DNA of 64,000 bases, from contig CP154954.1 in the NCBI GenBank assembly GCA_039621445.1, positions 8,620,634 to 8,684,633 on the forward strand, in the 5' to 3' direction. The position numbers and the translations under genes are program-made. Below the pieces are notes generated by a model. It did no database searches. It had not been told where the DNA came from and saw only the letters and a list, made by a program, of their open reading frames with translations. This DNA comes from Euglena gracilis (Eukaryota). This document shows positions 63,408-64,000 of the stretch, in pieces. The number at the start of each line of letters is the position of its first letter. Position 1 is the first letter of the stretch.

Positions 63408-63922
63408 CATATACATATGGCGGGGGTGAACTTGTGGCCCCCCCCCTACACCCCCTTTATTTGAAGGAGTGCGCTTGCGCTAATTGGCTATGTTGCGCTA
63501 ACTGGCTATGTTGCGCAACCTGGCTACGTTGCGCAACGTAGCCAGGTAGCGCAAATTGGCATGTGCGCACCTAACCCTACTCCTTCAAATAAGGGGGGTG
63601 TAGGGGGGGGGCCCACAAGTTCACCCCCGCCATACATATATATATATATATGTATATACATACATACATATATATACATATATATATATAATATTAATAA
63701 TATTAATTTCGGGAACCCATAGGGGGGGGTCAGCCCACGGACGTTTTCCAGCCCGCCCAAAGTTTTCCAGTCCCTGAGCTGGAAGTCCCCCGAAGGATTT
63801 CTAAGCCTGCACGGCACTGCCCCCAAGCTGGCGTCGGCGGTGACGGCCCCTGCCCCCACCAGGCCTCGCAGCCGCTGGCGGGGGCCCCGGACGGGAAGGG
63901 GGAGGCCACTGCTGACGCCTGA
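55272..63922 (+). CDS. MRPL15: Mitochondrial ribosomal protein uL15m with N- and C-terminal extensions; 5' end unresolved
   Basis: uL15 motifs ANLRDNPGAKKKKQRLGRG, GRSCGRG, GHQGGQMPLHRQLPK, LGDLQAAIDTGRL...IT, IEAHGG, PERF...PPPRL..RY....RGYL. Exons ~55272-55466, 56725-~56862, ~57190-57280, ~57314-57380, 58333-58430, 59430-59601, 59848-~59958, ~60690-60829, 62285-62335, 62673-62793, 63825-63922 (TGA). GT-AG introns at 55467-56724, 57381-58332, 58431-59429, 59602-59847. Confidence 0.85.
57952..58257. mobile_element. 306-bp hAT-like MITE, copy 1
   Basis: TIR CAGGCTTGTGCTTA / TAAGCACAAGCATG; perfect TSD GTTGGTTG; closely similar to 62914-63219. Confidence 0.93.
58897..59410. repeat. (CA)n compound microsatellite
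   Basis: Direct inspection; lies in GT-AG intron 58431-59429. Confidence 0.95.
61035..61471. mobile_element. hAT-like MITE with GCTAG-rich subtermini
   Basis: CAGGCTCCTGCTTAAG / CTTAAGCAAAAGCCTG; TSD ACCCCAAC / ACCCCAAT. Confidence 0.82.
62914..63219. mobile_element. 306-bp hAT-like MITE, copy 2
   Basis: Same termini as 57952-58257; a different perfect TSD, GCCTCGAC. Confidence 0.93.
63419..63631. mobile_element. MITE with ~50-bp TIRs (GGC...GCC) embedded in a (TA)n tract
   Basis: GGCGGGGGTGAACTTGTGG...TTTGAAGGAGT is inverted at the right end; TA-rich flanks; a related half copy at ~38472-38620 also lies in (TA)n. Confidence 0.8.
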
Positions 63923-64000
63923 ACCCCGCTCCCCCGCTGCCCCGACCCGCGGCACTCCGCTCCCGGCGCCCCCCACCGTGACCCCGGGGGCCCGCGCTGC

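Overview
Eukaryotic nuclear DNA, most likely a euglenid (Euglena-like): short GC-rich exons separated by long repeat-rich introns. Hand-splicing gives three recognisable + strand genes: an ABHD13/BEM46-like alpha/beta hydrolase (~0.9-9.7 kb), a four-EF-hand (NCS/calcineurin-B-like) PIP5-kinase fusion (~30.0-52.2 kb) and an extended mitochondrial ribosomal protein uL15m (~55.3-63.9 kb). A probable fourth, low-complexity gene lies at ~10-29 kb. Most introns are not GT-AG. They follow the geometry exon|NNN-XYZ...(complement of XYZ)-NNNNN|R and have base-paired ends. The window also holds at least 13 hAT-like MITEs with CAG-starting terminal inverted repeats (TIRs) and 8-bp target-site duplications (TSDs). 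Two of these sit inside conserved coding motifs and are themselves the introns. The 3+5 nt splice offsets equal the 8-bp TSD, so splicing removes the element plus exactly one TSD copy. This points to an orientation-independent, hAT-derived intron-generating system. All splice assignments were made by eye from frame and motif continuity, without transcript data.
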